Origin: Thermoplasmata archaeon
GTDB lineage: Archaea; Thermoplasmatota; Thermoplasmata; RBG-16-68-12; JAJISG01
DNA: 64,000 bases
Assembly (NCBI GenBank): GCA_046758325.1
Contig: JBHHZZ010000004.1
Span: 18,035-82,034 of the forward strand
Reading direction: 5' to 3'
The notes under the pieces were generated by a model. The model worked only from the letters and a program-made list of their open reading frames with translations, was not told the DNA's origin and made no database searches. The position numbers were made by a program, and so were the translations under genes. Positions 1-9,985 of the stretch are shown piece after piece (the first letter of the stretch is position 1; each line of letters starts with the position of its first letter).

Positions 1-147
1 TTCTCGGGCTTCACGCCAGGCGAGGCTGCCGGGTACCTCTTCTTCGAGCAGCCAGGTGGCGGCTTCGTCCCATACTTCGTGCTGCTCCTCATCCTGCTAA
101 TCCTTTCCCTAGCGGTATTCGTCCGCTCACGAAGGACCCCGACATAG
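1..147 (+). CDS. 3' end of a membrane-anchored protein (partial, C-terminal TM helix + basic tail)
   Basis: Frame 1 open from base 1: FSGFTPGEAAGYLFFEQPGGGFVPYFVLLLILLILSLAVFVRSRRTPT*, a hydrophobic stretch followed by RSRR. Confidence 0.7.
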   Translation, partial: FSGFTPGEAAGYLFFEQPGGGFVPYFVLLLILLILSLAVFVRSRRTPT

Positions 148-190
148 CCCCTCACAGAAGCCTTAAGACCGCGCCGCATCTCTACTCGGC

Positions 191-1399
191 GTGGATTCGA
201 GGGAGAGAACCCTGGTTGCCTATGCGACCGTTGCCCACTCCCTCAACCACGCCTACATTCTCCTGATACCCTTGTTCATCAGGATATGGATCGAGGAGTT
301 TCAGTCTGATGTCTATGTCATGGGCCTGGTGGCCTCCGCAGCATACGCTTTCTTCGGCGGAGGAAGCCTCCCCTTCGGTTACCTGGCTGACAGGATCGGC
401 TCGAGAGGCCTGCTGATGGTCTACCTCGGCGGCGCTGCGGCCTCTCTCCTCCTAATCTCCGTCTCCCAGGGGCTTCTCCAGCTGACCCTGGCCCTCTCCC
501 TCTTGGGCCTCTCTTCGAGCATCTACCACCCCTCGGCCATCGCCATGATATCTCGTGAGGTAAGGGAGCAGGGCAGAGGCCTCGGATACCACGGCATGGG
601 CGGCAGCCTTGGCATCGCTCTAGGACCATTCATCGCCAGTTTGCTCCTCCTCTCCATGGGCTGGAGGACGGCCCTTCTCCTCTTCTCCTCACCCGCCCTC
701 CTCCTTCTAGCCGTCCTCGCCATCAGAGGACCCGTGGAGCTGGCTCCCCGGAGGGCTCCAACCCTCTCCGAGATGTCCAGGAGCTTCGCCAACTACGGCT
801 TCCTCCTCGTGCTCCTAGTCTACGTCTTCGCGGGCGTCGCCTACTGGGGAGCCCTCACCTTCCTCCCCCTGTATCTCGACACCCTGCAGCTCCCCTCCTT
901 ATCCCTCGGGACGAGGCTCATGACTCCGGGGGCCTACCTCTTCTCCGCCCTCCTGGCTGTAGGGGCGGCCGGCCAGGTAGCCGGCGGTCATCTGGCGGAC
1001 AGATCCAGGGTGGAGTCCACCCTGGCGGTGAGCTCCGTCTTGGTGGCCATCCTCCTCATCCTCCTGGCCCTTCCCCCGAGCCTAGCGATTGCGGTGGTGG
1101 CCGTAGCCTTCGGCTTCCTCCTCTTCTCTTTGGAGCCGATGCAAAACGTCCTGGTCTCGACGAGGACGCCGGGAAACGTGAGGGGAGTTGCCTTTGGCAT
1201 GGTCTTTCTATCGGTTTTCGGCATCGGTGCCCTGGGCGCGGCCTTGGGCGGCTACGTCTCGGAGACGAAGGGGCTCAGCGCGATTTTCCCCATACTCTCA
1301 TCCTTCATGGTGGTCAGCGGGGCCTCGTCCCTACTCCTCCGCCGGCTTGCCGTGAGGAAGGCCGCTCAACTCACCATTTCCTCCAAGAGGGAGGAGTAG
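191..1399 (+). CDS. MFS transporter
   Basis: 402 aa, ~12 hydrophobic segments, motif A twice (GYLADRIGSR; GHLADRSR). Confidence 0.9.
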   Translation: MDSRERTLVAYATVAHSLNHAYILLIPLFIRIWIEEFQSDVYVMGLVASAAYAFFGGGSLPFGYLADRIGSRGLLMVYLGGAAASLLLISVSQGLLQLTLALSLLGLSSSIYHPSAIAMISREVREQGRGLGYHGMGGSLGIALGPFIASLLLLSMGWRTALLLFSSPALLLLAVLAIRGPVELAPRRAPTLSEMSRSFANYGFLLVLLVYVFAGVAYWGALTFLPLYLDTLQLPSLSLGTRLMTPGAYLFSALLAVGAAGQVAGGHLADRSRVESTLAVSSVLVAILLILLALPPSLAIAVVAVAFGFLLFSLEPMQNVLVSTRTPGNVRGVAFGMVFLSVFGIGALGAALGGYVSETKGLSAIFPILSSFMVVSGASSLLLRRLAVRKAAQLTISSKREE

Positions 1400-2103
1400 T
1401 CCTCATACGAGGCCTCGCAGGGCCTGCCAATGCTGTGGAGGAACAGGCTGGTTCTCGGAAATTCGTGAGAGACGGCGATGATGGTGCTGGAGACCGTCCC
1501 AGCGTGCTCCTTGTGAAGGCATATGGACTGTCCCTCGTAAACCTCATGGTCGGAGGCCACGCTCTTCAGAACCTCCAAGGCAGCCTCTACGGTCGACTTG
1601 TCCCTACCTTCGACGACTTCCATGGCCCTTCTGATACGCGGCCGGTCGGTGTCATCCACGTCCATGTTCGTAAGGAAGTGCACCTCTCGCCGCAGCTCCA
1701 CCGTCCTGGTTTCCGCCGCATGGTGGGTCACGAAGGCTCGACCCAGATCGCAGTAGAGGAGGTTGAACGGGTTGTACTCGACCTCCAGGAGCTCCCGCTC
1801 CACGAAGTCCTTCACATCCAAGGCCGAGGTGCGCTCCAGGGCCTCCAAGCAGAGGAGTCCGCGGGACCTCCGAGAGGAGTCGAAGGTTCCCTCATGCCTG
1901 TTGGAGATAGCCACCACGAGGCCCAGGTCGTTGACACCTATCCATGTGCCCCCGGCCTGAAGGTCCCTCGGAGCCACGATGGTCCTCCCATCCCGCGTCA
2001 AGCTGGGATCCTCCGATGGTCTTCTATAGGCCTCGTCCCTGTTCATCACCAAGAATATGGGATACCTCTCCACCAACTGCCTTAGAAGAAGAAGCGTGCA
2101 CAT
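1366..2103 (-). CDS. NRDE/TANGO2 family protein
   Basis: Starts MCTLLL at ATG 2103; NRDE, GGTWIG, RSRGLL, YNPFNL and GTVSST motifs. Confidence 0.9.
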   Translation of the reverse strand: MCTLLLLRQLVERYPIFLVMNRDEAYRRPSEDPSLTRDGRTIVAPRDLQAGGTWIGVNDLGLVVAISNRHEGTFDSSRRSRGLLCLEALERTSALDVKDFVERELLEVEYNPFNLLYCDLGRAFVTHHAAETRTVELRREVHFLTNMDVDDTDRPRIRRAMEVVEGRDKSTVEAALEVLKSVASDHEVYEGQSICLHKEHAGTVSSTIIAVSHEFPRTSLFLHSIGRPCEASYEDYSSLLEEMVS

Positions 2104-2198
2104 TCGGGTCTCGAAAAGAGCCTCATTGATAAAGCCTTCTGCATGATGGAACGCCTTCCAAACCGTTAATAGGCCAATCGACTCTTTCATCAACACCC

Positions 2199-3269
2199 AT
2201 GGATGTGGTCATCCTCGCAGCCGGAAGGGGAACGCGCCTATTGCCGTTGACAGCAACCAGACCTAAGCCCATGGTTCCCTTCCTCAACAAGCCCCTGATG
2301 GATTACGTCATGGCCCGCTTGGAGGAGGTCAGCGCCCGCCGCATCTTCATCCTGGTGGACTACCTAGGTCATCAGATCGTCTCTCGCTACAAGGACTGGA
2401 ACAGTTACGAAGTGGTCTTCACGGAGAGGAATGAGCCCTTGGGAACGGCGGGAGCGGTGGGAGTGGTGGCAGAGCGTCTGAGGGAAACCTTCATCGTCCT
2501 CAGCGGAGACGTCGTGTCGGGCCTCGACCTTCGTCGTCTGCTCGAGTTTCATGAGGGGATGGCCGCCGAGGCCACTATGGCCCTCTCCAGGGCGGATGAT
2601 CCGAGCCAATACGGAATCGCCGTTGTAAACGAGGAGGAGAGGGTAACCCATTTCATGGAGAAGCCCGCCAGGGATATGGCCTCCGGTGGTCTTGTGAACG
2701 CGGGCATCTATGTCTTCGAGCCCGAGGCCTTCCAGCTGCTCCCAGGTAAGCGGCCGGCGGACATATCTCGGGACCTCTTTCCGAAGATGCTGGAGGCAGG
2801 TTGTCGGCTCTACGGTTACACCTTTGACGAGTACTGGAATGACGTGGGTCGTCCGGGCAACTACCTGCTGGCCACGGAGGACTGCCTGCGAGGAAGGTAC
2901 AGAACCGAGGTTACGCGCTCGGTCACCCCCGTCCAGAATGGCGGCTTCCTGATGACGGGGAGGAACTGCACCATTGGGCGGGACGTCTCGATTGGGAACT
3001 TTGCGATTCTGGGAGATGATGTGGAGGTTAGAGAGGGGGCCACCCTCAACTCCTCCGTCCTCTTCTCTCATGCCGTTGTCGGTGAAAAGTGTAATATCCA
3101 GGAGTCCATAGTGGGGGAGAGGTGTGTCTTGGAGCGGGGGGTCATGGTGAGGGCCGGTAGCGTGGTGGGAGACGCATGCTACATCAAGGCTCGCAGCATC
3201 CTTGGCTACAACACCAGGCTCTGGCCTGGCTCCCGCCTGGGCGAGGGAACAGTGATGAACCCCGATTGA
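2199..3269 (+). CDS. NDP-sugar synthase (mannose-1-phosphate guanylyltransferase-like) with C-terminal hexapeptide repeats
   Basis: LAAGRGTRLLPLT..RPKPM, GTAGA, SGD, EKP, WNDVG motifs; left-handed beta-helix tail. Confidence 0.9.
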   Translation: MDVVILAAGRGTRLLPLTATRPKPMVPFLNKPLMDYVMARLEEVSARRIFILVDYLGHQIVSRYKDWNSYEVVFTERNEPLGTAGAVGVVAERLRETFIVLSGDVVSGLDLRRLLEFHEGMAAEATMALSRADDPSQYGIAVVNEEERVTHFMEKPARDMASGGLVNAGIYVFEPEAFQLLPGKRPADISRDLFPKMLEAGCRLYGYTFDEYWNDVGRPGNYLLATEDCLRGRYRTEVTRSVTPVQNGGFLMTGRNCTIGRDVSIGNFAILGDDVEVREGATLNSSVLFSHAVVGEKCNIQESIVGERCVLERGVMVRAGSVVGDACYIKARSILGYNTRLWPGSRLGEGTVMNPD

Positions 3270-3277
3270 GGGATTGG

Positions 3278-4003
3278 ATGAAACTGCACACTGCGGAAGA
3301 TCTGGACGTTTATGAGGTGGTGGATCTCGGCCAAGCCGTGGGCACCGCGTATGGCCCGGCCTCCCTCCTGCTGACGGGAAGGGACGGCCTCCACGTTTCC
3401 AGGATGGCCAAGAGGGGCCTCATCCTCGGCATCGCCTACACAGGGGCCTCGGTCCTGGACCTTAGGCTCACGCCGAAGCTCGTGCTGGACGATCATCTCG
3501 GCCGCCAGGGGGAGGGTGCCCTGTACGTGGATTATCGCCCATCCCGTATCCGCATCACTCTTGATGGCGAGGGCGCGGAGGAGAAACTCCAGGAGATCTA
3601 CAGGATCCTGGAGGCCAGGGACTTCGTGAGAGCTCCCCTCTCGGACCTGGGGGCCATCTCCCTCTATCCGAACGCCATCGACGATTACGTGAGCGGCATC
3701 CACAAGCGGGTAGACTTCCTGAAGAGCCACAGGACACTGGTGGACTGCCAGAACGGGCCCGTAACAGTCCTCGTGGGTCCCCTCTTCGAAAGCTATGGCA
3801 TGAGGGTGGACCTCTTCAACGATCGCGTCACACACTACCAGGAGCCAAGGGGCGAGGATGAGTTCCTGGACCGTCTCCAGAGAGGACGCTATGACCTGGG
3901 CATCCGGTGCTTAGAGGAGAAATTTGACCTGTATCGTGGGGGCGAAGATCGCTCCACATACCCGAGTCTGGAGGCGATCCTCCGGGCCATGGACCGCCTC
4001 TAG
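3278..4003 (+). CDS. Truncated, probably inactive phosphohexomutase (PMM/PGM)-like protein
   Basis: GRDG..SRMAKR, GASVLDL and VDCQNG resemble PMM domains I-II; no SHNP phosphoserine loop or DxDxD; ATG 9 nt after the NDP-sugar synthase stop. Confidence 0.7.
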   Translation: MKLHTAEDLDVYEVVDLGQAVGTAYGPASLLLTGRDGLHVSRMAKRGLILGIAYTGASVLDLRLTPKLVLDDHLGRQGEGALYVDYRPSRIRITLDGEGAEEKLQEIYRILEARDFVRAPLSDLGAISLYPNAIDDYVSGIHKRVDFLKSHRTLVDCQNGPVTVLVGPLFESYGMRVDLFNDRVTHYQEPRGEDEFLDRLQRGRYDLGIRCLEEKFDLYRGGEDRSTYPSLEAILRAMDRL

Positions 4004-4893
4004 CCCGATGGCTCGCTGCTCCTGGGGATGCCGATGCCCCGGGCGGTAATGTATATGCCCAGGAGTGCCAGGAGACCTCCGCCTAGATCCGTGGCGCTCG
4101 GGGTCTCCGCCAGGAGGAGAAAAGCCAGGAAAGTAGCCCCCACCGGCTCCCCGAGGAGACTTGTGGAGATCACAGGAGCTCTCACGTACTTCAGCGCCCA
4201 GTTGTAGAGGGTGTGACCCAGGATGGTGGAAACGATAGCCAGACCGAGAAACAGTAAGAGTTCGCGTCGCAGGTCCCCCGAGGGAAGGAGTTCTGTCCCC
4301 ATCGCCACGGTCATGGCCAGGAGGACGACGGTGGCGAAGGTGTAGACGAGGAACACGTAGGGCACCAGCGGGACTCTCTGGCGGACCCTGCGGCCCGCCA
4401 GGATGTAGATGGCCGCCATCACGCCGCCGACAAAGGCGAGGGCATCACCAAGCAGACCGCCGCCTTCTCGCACGTCCCCCACTGCTATGACCAGGACACC
4501 CGCGAAGCCCAGTACGACTCCCAAGGCAGCAACCTTTGGCACCCTCTCCTTCAGCAGGTAGTGGGAGAGGAGCGCCACTATGAGGGGATGGCTGTTAACG
4601 AGAATGACGGAACTGGCGACGGAGGTGTAGTCCAGGGAGGATATCCAGGTGGCAAAATGGATGGCCAGGGCGACACCGATCGCTGACATGACGAGGGCAT
4701 CTCGGCGACCCAGACCACGAGTTTCCCGCCGAAACCTCGCCAGCCCGATGGGGAGGAGGAAGAGGGAGGCGAAAGCCATCCTGTAGACGGCCTTAATCAG
4801 GGCCGGCGAATCGCTCCAGCGGATGAAGATGGATGCGAAGGAGACGCCTATGATGGCCAGGACGATGGCCACGTAGGCTCTACTCTGCCGCAT
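4000..4893 (-). CDS. DMT/EamA family transporter
   Basis: 297 aa, ~10 TMs in two repeats, HFATWISSL..TSVASS and GEPVGA motifs. Confidence 0.9.
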   Translation of the reverse strand: MRQSRAYVAIVLAIIGVSFASIFIRWSDSPALIKAVYRMAFASLFLLPIGLARFRRETRGLGRRDALVMSAIGVALAIHFATWISSLDYTSVASSVILVNSHPLIVALLSHYLLKERVPKVAALGVVLGFAGVLVIAVGDVREGGGLLGDALAFVGGVMAAIYILAGRRVRQRVPLVPYVFLVYTFATVVLLAMTVAMGTELLPSGDLRRELLLFLGLAIVSTILGHTLYNWALKYVRAPVISTSLLGEPVGATFLAFLLLAETPSATDLGGGLLALLGIYITARGIGIPRSSEPSG

Positions 4894-4987
4894 CCTGATG
4901 GATTACGAGGGATTATGTAAACCCTTTTCTGGAAGGTACGCTGCAGGTACACGTAGGCTTCTCATACGCAATAAGCGAGCCATAGCC

Positions 4988-5455
4988 ATGGCCAACCTCT
5001 TGGCCCACAGCCTGTTCGCGCTTGCCCTCTATAGCTTTCTGTGGTCTATCTTCCTACATGAACCGCTGACGGAGTACGCCTTCCTCGCCGCCATTGTCGC
5101 GCTGATGCCGGATATCGACGCCGGTGCCGGCGGAGAGAGATCACCCCTGTGTCATTCCCTCGGATATGCGGTCCTATGGAGCCTCCTGGCCCTCTGCGGC
5201 CTGGGCCTGGCCTCGTCCCTGCGTCTTATGCCCCTCGGCATCCTTCTTCCCATGGAACTTGCCGTAGTGATGGGGTTGGGTTCCCACCTTCTGCTCGACG
5301 CCCTCGTTGATCCTGGGGTGCTAACTCTTCCGAAAGGAGGAGGCGAGTGGGGGAGGTTCCCCCGGCTCTTCGGGGTCCGCGTAGCCTCTCGGCTCAACCT
5401 ACTCGTCTCCCTGGGGTCAACAGCAGCCCTCCTAACCCTTCTGGCCCTCTACTGA
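4988..5455 (+). CDS. Membrane metal-dependent hydrolase (YdjM-like)
   Basis: H near N-terminus, PDID, HSL, SHLLLD motifs among TM helices. Confidence 0.75.
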   Translation: MANLLAHSLFALALYSFLWSIFLHEPLTEYAFLAAIVALMPDIDAGAGGERSPLCHSLGYAVLWSLLALCGLGLASSLRLMPLGILLPMELAVVMGLGSHLLLDALVDPGVLTLPKGGGEWGRFPRLFGVRVASRLNLLVSLGSTAALLTLLALY

Positions 5456-5961
5456 TCAGAGATCGCCCTCACGCGTGCGACGCCGTCGATCTCCTCGATG
5501 AAGTCTGCCACGGGGGGAGGCACAAGCTCCTTCCAGTTACCGCCTTCAAGTATCCTCCTCCTGATCTCGGTCCCAGAGAACGTGCCCCTATCGAGGAGGG
5601 GCTTTTCCAGGACCGTGATGCCCGCCTCCTGGAAGAGCTGGCGCGTCAGCGGGTCGTGGGAGAACACCGCTTCGAAGGGAGGGACTAACGAGAGGACGTG
5701 ACTCACCCATTGGGAGTGGGCGCCCACATCCGGAATGGGTACGATGCGGCACCCCTCCAGACCCTCATCCTCCAGGGTTCTCTGGATCATCTCGTAACGT
5801 TCCGCCGAGGTAAAGGGGTTTTGAAGAGTGTGGGAAAACTGGCTGGAGCCAATGCCCAAAAAGACCTCACCGAAGTCCTCAAGGATTTGTCTCAGCATGT
5901 ACAGGTGTCCACGATGAAAGGGCTGAAAACGGCCAATGAAGAGTGCCCTGGTACCCGTCAA
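5449..5961 (-). CDS. nadM: Nicotinamide-nucleotide adenylyltransferase
   Basis: GRFQPFHRGH, GIGSSQ.SHT..NPFT..ER, SGTEIR; TTG start 4 nt after GGTGA. Confidence 0.95.
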   Translation of the reverse strand: MTGTRALFIGRFQPFHRGHLYMLRQILEDFGEVFLGIGSSQFSHTLQNPFTSAERYEMIQRTLEDEGLEGCRIVPIPDVGAHSQWVSHVLSLVPPFEAVFSHDPLTRQLFQEAGITVLEKPLLDRGTFSGTEIRRRILEGGNWKELVPPPVADFIEEIDGVARVRAISDQ

Positions 5962-6271
5962 ATCATCACCACCACCGTTCAGATTCTGATGTGATATAAC
6001 CTACCAGGTCCAATTCGTCAACGGGCTGTTCCCACATGAAAAGCCATCCCACAAAGCTATCTGCGTCTGTCACTGGTCCGCCCTCATGGACCCCTACCAT
6101 CTTCTGGCCCTACCTGGCTCGAACTATCTCAGACTACAAAAGGTCTTTCATCCTACAGTAGAGGGGAGAATGATCTCGTCACCCGGTGTCGGGCTCCTGA
6201 CAATCGAGGTGTCCGCGCGAGTCGAGGGACACCATCAGAAGCAGAGAATGCTAAATCGGACATGCCGTACT

Positions 6272-6445
6272 CTAGAGTACTTCGTCCTCCTCACCGATGA
6301 AGAGTTCCAGATGCTCGCAGTCCAGTGTCAGGAACTTTGCGCAGTGGGTGCAATGCCAATCATCGTACCCAGGTTCCAATGATGAGTTGAACTCGTAACA
6401 AGGAAAACCGTAGAGGTCGTAATACTCCTCCTCCGTAGGGACCAC
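6272..6445 (-). CDS. Cys-rich acidic microprotein (57 aa), putative metal-binding
   Basis: Manual translation MVPTEEEYYDLYGFPCYEFNSSLEPGYDDWHCTHCAKFLTLDCEHLELFIGEEDEVL*; GTG 2 nt after the lonB stop; below the ORF-track cut-off. Confidence 0.75.
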   Translation of the reverse strand: MVPTEEEYYDLYGFPCYEFNSSLEPGYDDWHCTHCAKFLTLDCEHLELFIGEEDEVL

Positions 6446-6447
6446 TC

Positions 6448-8424
6448 CTAATGAGGAACGGCCCTATCCCGAGTCACCACGGGCTTGGCCCTGGGAGATA
6501 CCATGTGTGTGAGCTTGCTGATCAGGTTGCTCTTCTTCGGCCCGACCAGGGCGTGATCGAGTACCTCCTTCAGGGTTTCCCCAGGCACGATCTCTATCTT
6601 CCCCACGTACTTGCTCTCGATGAGGACATCGTTCATGTTAGACTTGGGAATGATGACCTTCTTGAAGCCCATTTCCGCCGCGGCCTCCACCTTGGCAGTG
6701 ATGCCTCCCACCGGAAGTACCTGTCCCCTGATGCTGAGGGACCCCGTCATGGCGACGGTCTGGTCCACCTCTACCTCCTCGAGGGCGGAGATGACGGCGG
6801 TGGCCACGGATATGGAAGCACTATCCCCTTCAACCCCCTCATGGGTCCCGACAAACTGCACGTGAATGTCGTAGTTGCTTACGTCCTCGCCAGTGTACTT
6901 CTTGATGAGGGCGGATACGTTCTGCACGGCCTCCTTGGCTATGTCGCCCAGGCGGCCAGTGGCGATGATCTTTCCATCATTCCTGCTCTGGGCAGGGGTC
7001 ACCTCAGCCACGATGGGCAGCACGATGCCGGAGAACTCTGACATGCTGGGATCGGCGTTCAGGACGGCGAGGCCATTGACGATGCCCACCTGGGCTCCCT
7101 CGGTGACGAAGGTCTTGTAGTCCCGCCTGCGCTCGATGAACCTGTCCGCCACCTGTTGCTCCAGACTCCTCGCCATCTTCTTGGCCACCAAGACATGTTC
7201 ACCGACGGTGTAGGCCGCTCCCCGCTCCCGCGCTATGTCCCCAGCCACCCGGATCAGTCCACCCAGCTCCCGGATGCGGAGGGTGAGCTGACCTCTCCGA
7301 CCAGCCCTCCTCTGGGCCTCCCGAATGATCTCCAGGACGCCGCTCTTGTCGAAGTGGGGTATCTTCCCATCCTTGGCGACCTCCTGGGCAACGACTCTGA
7401 CAAGCTTCTCCCGGTTCTCCAAGGTGTCCGGCATGGAACTCTTTACGTACACCTCGTAGCCGTAGCCCCTGATTCTGGATCGCAGGGCGGGGTGCATGCC
7501 TGACAGTGCGTCCAGGTTTCCCGCTGCCACCAGGATGAAGTCACAGGGAACTGGCTCGGTCCTGACCATGGCCCCCGCGCTCCTCTCGCTCTGCCCCACG
7601 ATACTGAACTTCTTCTCCTGCAGGGCGGTGAGCAGGGCCTGCTGGCTCTCCAGCCGGAGGACGTTGATCTCGTCGATAAAGAGGATCCCCTTGTGGGCCT
7701 TGTGGATGGCTCCCGACTCGACCCTCTCGTGGGCAGGCGTCTCCAGGCCACCAGACTGGAAGGGATCATGCCTCACATCCCCTAGGAGGGCCCCGGCGTG
7801 AGATCCTGTGGCGTCCATGAAGGGAGGCATGTCGTCGGGGTCATGGCCTACGAGCAGCTTGGGTACAATGAGCATATCCTGCCTGTTGCCTGCGTACCTG
7901 GTGGCCATGAAGATGATGGCCGCCACGAGGATTCCAAAGAGAAGGACCATGGGCTGAGGCGGCTGGGAGAGGAATGCCAACAGGGCGGACATGAGGATGA
8001 TGACGACGATGATGGTGGTCATCATGGAGGCCCGCTGCTCCTTTCTCCTCATGGCCTCCGCTTTGTGGGCTTGGACTATCTCCTTCCCCTTGCCAGCGGG
8101 AACCACCCTTATCTTTGGCTCGTTGGTGTCCTCCGGGTTGTGGTATACGATGATGTCCTGAAGCTCCTCCCTGGGCAGAAGCTCCGCCATCGCCTGGGCC
8201 AGCATCGACTTGCCCGTTCCCGGGTCTCCTAATAGCATGACGTGCCGCTTCTGCTCTGCCGCCTTCTTGGCGACCTCAACTGCCTCTTCCTGCCCTATGA
8301 CTTGGTCGACCAGCCGTTCGGGGATTCTGATGTCGGCTGTCGTCTCGAAGGTCTGGGTCTTGATCCAATCCTGGAGAGGAGGGAGGGGCGATTCAGTAGT
8401 TGCCTGAGAATCACTTTCGGTCAT
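6448..8424 (-). CDS. lonB: Archaeal membrane ATP-dependent protease LonB
   Basis: GDPGTGKS Walker A, two TM insert, FIDEI Walker B, EGDSAS catalytic Ser, PVGGITAK catalytic Lys. Confidence 0.97.
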   Translation of the reverse strand: MTESDSQATTESPLPPLQDWIKTQTFETTADIRIPERLVDQVIGQEEAVEVAKKAAEQKRHVMLLGDPGTGKSMLAQAMAELLPREELQDIIVYHNPEDTNEPKIRVVPAGKGKEIVQAHKAEAMRRKEQRASMMTTIIVVIILMSALLAFLSQPPQPMVLLFGILVAAIIFMATRYAGNRQDMLIVPKLLVGHDPDDMPPFMDATGSHAGALLGDVRHDPFQSGGLETPAHERVESGAIHKAHKGILFIDEINVLRLESQQALLTALQEKKFSIVGQSERSAGAMVRTEPVPCDFILVAAGNLDALSGMHPALRSRIRGYGYEVYVKSSMPDTLENREKLVRVVAQEVAKDGKIPHFDKSGVLEIIREAQRRAGRRGQLTLRIRELGGLIRVAGDIARERGAAYTVGEHVLVAKKMARSLEQQVADRFIERRRDYKTFVTEGAQVGIVNGLAVLNADPSMSEFSGIVLPIVAEVTPAQSRNDGKIIATGRLGDIAKEAVQNVSALIKKYTGEDVSNYDIHVQFVGTHEGVEGDSASISVATAVISALEEVEVDQTVAMTGSLSIRGQVLPVGGITAKVEAAAEMGFKKVIIPKSNMNDVLIESKYVGKIEIVPGETLKEVLDHALVGPKKSNLISKLTHMVSPRAKPVVTRDRAVPH

Positions 8425-8681
8425 CTCTCGTCATCCTCTGATATAACCAGTGAGAAATAGGGCCTCCGTCTTATTAAAGTTATTCTCCCAGAATCGCTGC
8501 AGGTACCAAGTCCACTTGAGTACCTCTTCTGGGCCCCCGTCGCGCTGCTGAACAGTAGCCTGGTCAAGGTGTAAGGAGGACTGCGCTTAGACTCCCGGTC
8601 ACATGTCAGGAGACTATGCCACTGCCTCGACTTCCGTGCATGAAGGAGTGCGGAACAGGCCTTCCATAGCCGACCCAAAGG

Positions 8682-9227
8682 CTAAGGGGTCACCATCCTC
8701 TTGGCGATCATCTCCGCCAGCGTCTGAAAGGCATCCTGCACGTTCTCCCCGGTCTTGGCGCTGGTGTAGATATGGGGGGCTGCGTACTTCTTAGCGGTCT
8801 CTTTCAGTTGCTCCTCATCGAAGCTGATCTGGTCCTTGAGGTCTACCTTGTTAGCCAGAAAGTGGATGGGTATGTCTCCTGTCACCTTGTGGACCGCTTC
8901 CACCCAGTCATGCAGGTCATAGAGGGTGTCCTTCCTCGTGACATCGCAGACGGCGAGGACGCCCTGGGCACCGTGGAAGTAGGCCTCCTTCAGTAGCTCG
9001 CGGAAGCCCTTCTCCCCCATGATGTCCCAGACCGTCATGTCTACCTCCACTTGGCTGCCGTCCTCGGCTTCTACGAGGATCTCTTTCTTGGAAACCTTGG
9101 CTCCCAAAGTGGAGATGTAGCGGTCATCGAATTCGTCATGGATGAATCGCCTAATCAGGCAGGTTTTGCCAACGGCCCCCTCTCCGACGAGGCAGATCTT
9201 GACCTTCATCTTCTCCGTCTCTGGCAT
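8682..9227 (-). CDS. Rab/Ras-like small GTPase (paralog 3)
   Basis: GEGAVGKT, YISTLG, WDIMGE, NKVD, TSAKTG; AT-rich TATA-like box at ~9268-9277. Confidence 0.92.
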   Translation of the reverse strand: MPETEKMKVKICLVGEGAVGKTCLIRRFIHDEFDDRYISTLGAKVSKKEILVEAEDGSQVEVDMTVWDIMGEKGFRELLKEAYFHGAQGVLAVCDVTRKDTLYDLHDWVEAVHKVTGDIPIHFLANKVDLKDQISFDEEQLKETAKKYAAPHIYTSAKTGENVQDAFQTLAEMIAKRMVTP

Positions 9228-9375
9228 CTGGACACTCCCTAGAAGCAATCTGCTTACTCCGCCTCGATTATAAAATGCTATAGATGTCGTTATCACCGTC
9301 GATATCTGACGCGGGAGGGTCCTCGGAAAGGCGCATGCCGGTGATGGCGTAATACGGCCTTCCAAGACAGGGTGT

Positions 9376-9918
9376 TCAACGCCTTACGAACTGCTTGGCG
9401 ATATTCCTGAATGCCTGTCGCACGTTCTCACCAGTTTTCGCACTCGTGATCTTGTAGGGACAGGAATGGGTCTTGGCAAAGGCAGCCACATCCTGCTCTC
9501 GAACCTGCATTTGGTCCTGCAGATCGACCTTGTTTCCCACGATGACTACGGGAATTCGCCCCGTGATTCTGAGGACGGTGGAGAGCGAGGTGTGTAGGTC
9601 GTCAAGGGTGTCGGGCCGCGTCAGATCGCACACCGCCAGGACCCCCTGCGCCCCCTCGAAATAGGCCTCCTTCAGGAGCTCGCGGAAGCCCTTCTCCCCC
9701 ATGATGTCCCATATCGTCATGTCTAGCCGGGCCGGCTTCTTACCCTTAATCTCGACCTCCGTCTTGGTTATCTTCGCGCCTATGGTTGCGAAGTATCGGT
9801 CCTCGAAGGTGTTGTGGACGTAACGGTTGACCAGACTGGTCTTCCCCACCGCGGACTCCCCCACGAGGCAGACCTTCATTTTCAAAACCTTCGTTTGTGG
9901 AGGGCTGAGAACGGCCAT
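9376..9918 (-). CDS. Rab/Ras-like small GTPase (paralog 2)
   Basis: GESAVGKT, YFATIG, WDIMGE, NKVD, TSAKTG; ATG 9918. Confidence 0.92.
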   Translation of the reverse strand: MAVLSPPQTKVLKMKVCLVGESAVGKTSLVNRYVHNTFEDRYFATIGAKITKTEVEIKGKKPARLDMTIWDIMGEKGFRELLKEAYFEGAQGVLAVCDLTRPDTLDDLHTSLSTVLRITGRIPVVIVGNKVDLQDQMQVREQDVAAFAKTHSCPYKITSAKTGENVRQAFRNIAKQFVRR

Positions 9919-9985
9919 CGGACTCCACTTGAGGACTCTGGGAAATAACTCTTCCCACGACCGTATCACTAATGATTCTCTAGTT

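Noticed and set aside
5966-6100. 44-aa ORF on - strand (MVGVHEGGPV...SERWW) upstream of nadM
   Set aside because: No recognisable motif and it overlaps the probable nadM TATA/SD, so it cannot be supported without homologs
6086-6382. 98-aa + strand ORF
   Set aside because: Antisense to the better-supported Cys-rich microprotein; no motif
8421-8678. 85-aa - strand ORF between GTPase 3 and lonB
   Set aside because: Atypical composition and runs through the lonB promoter
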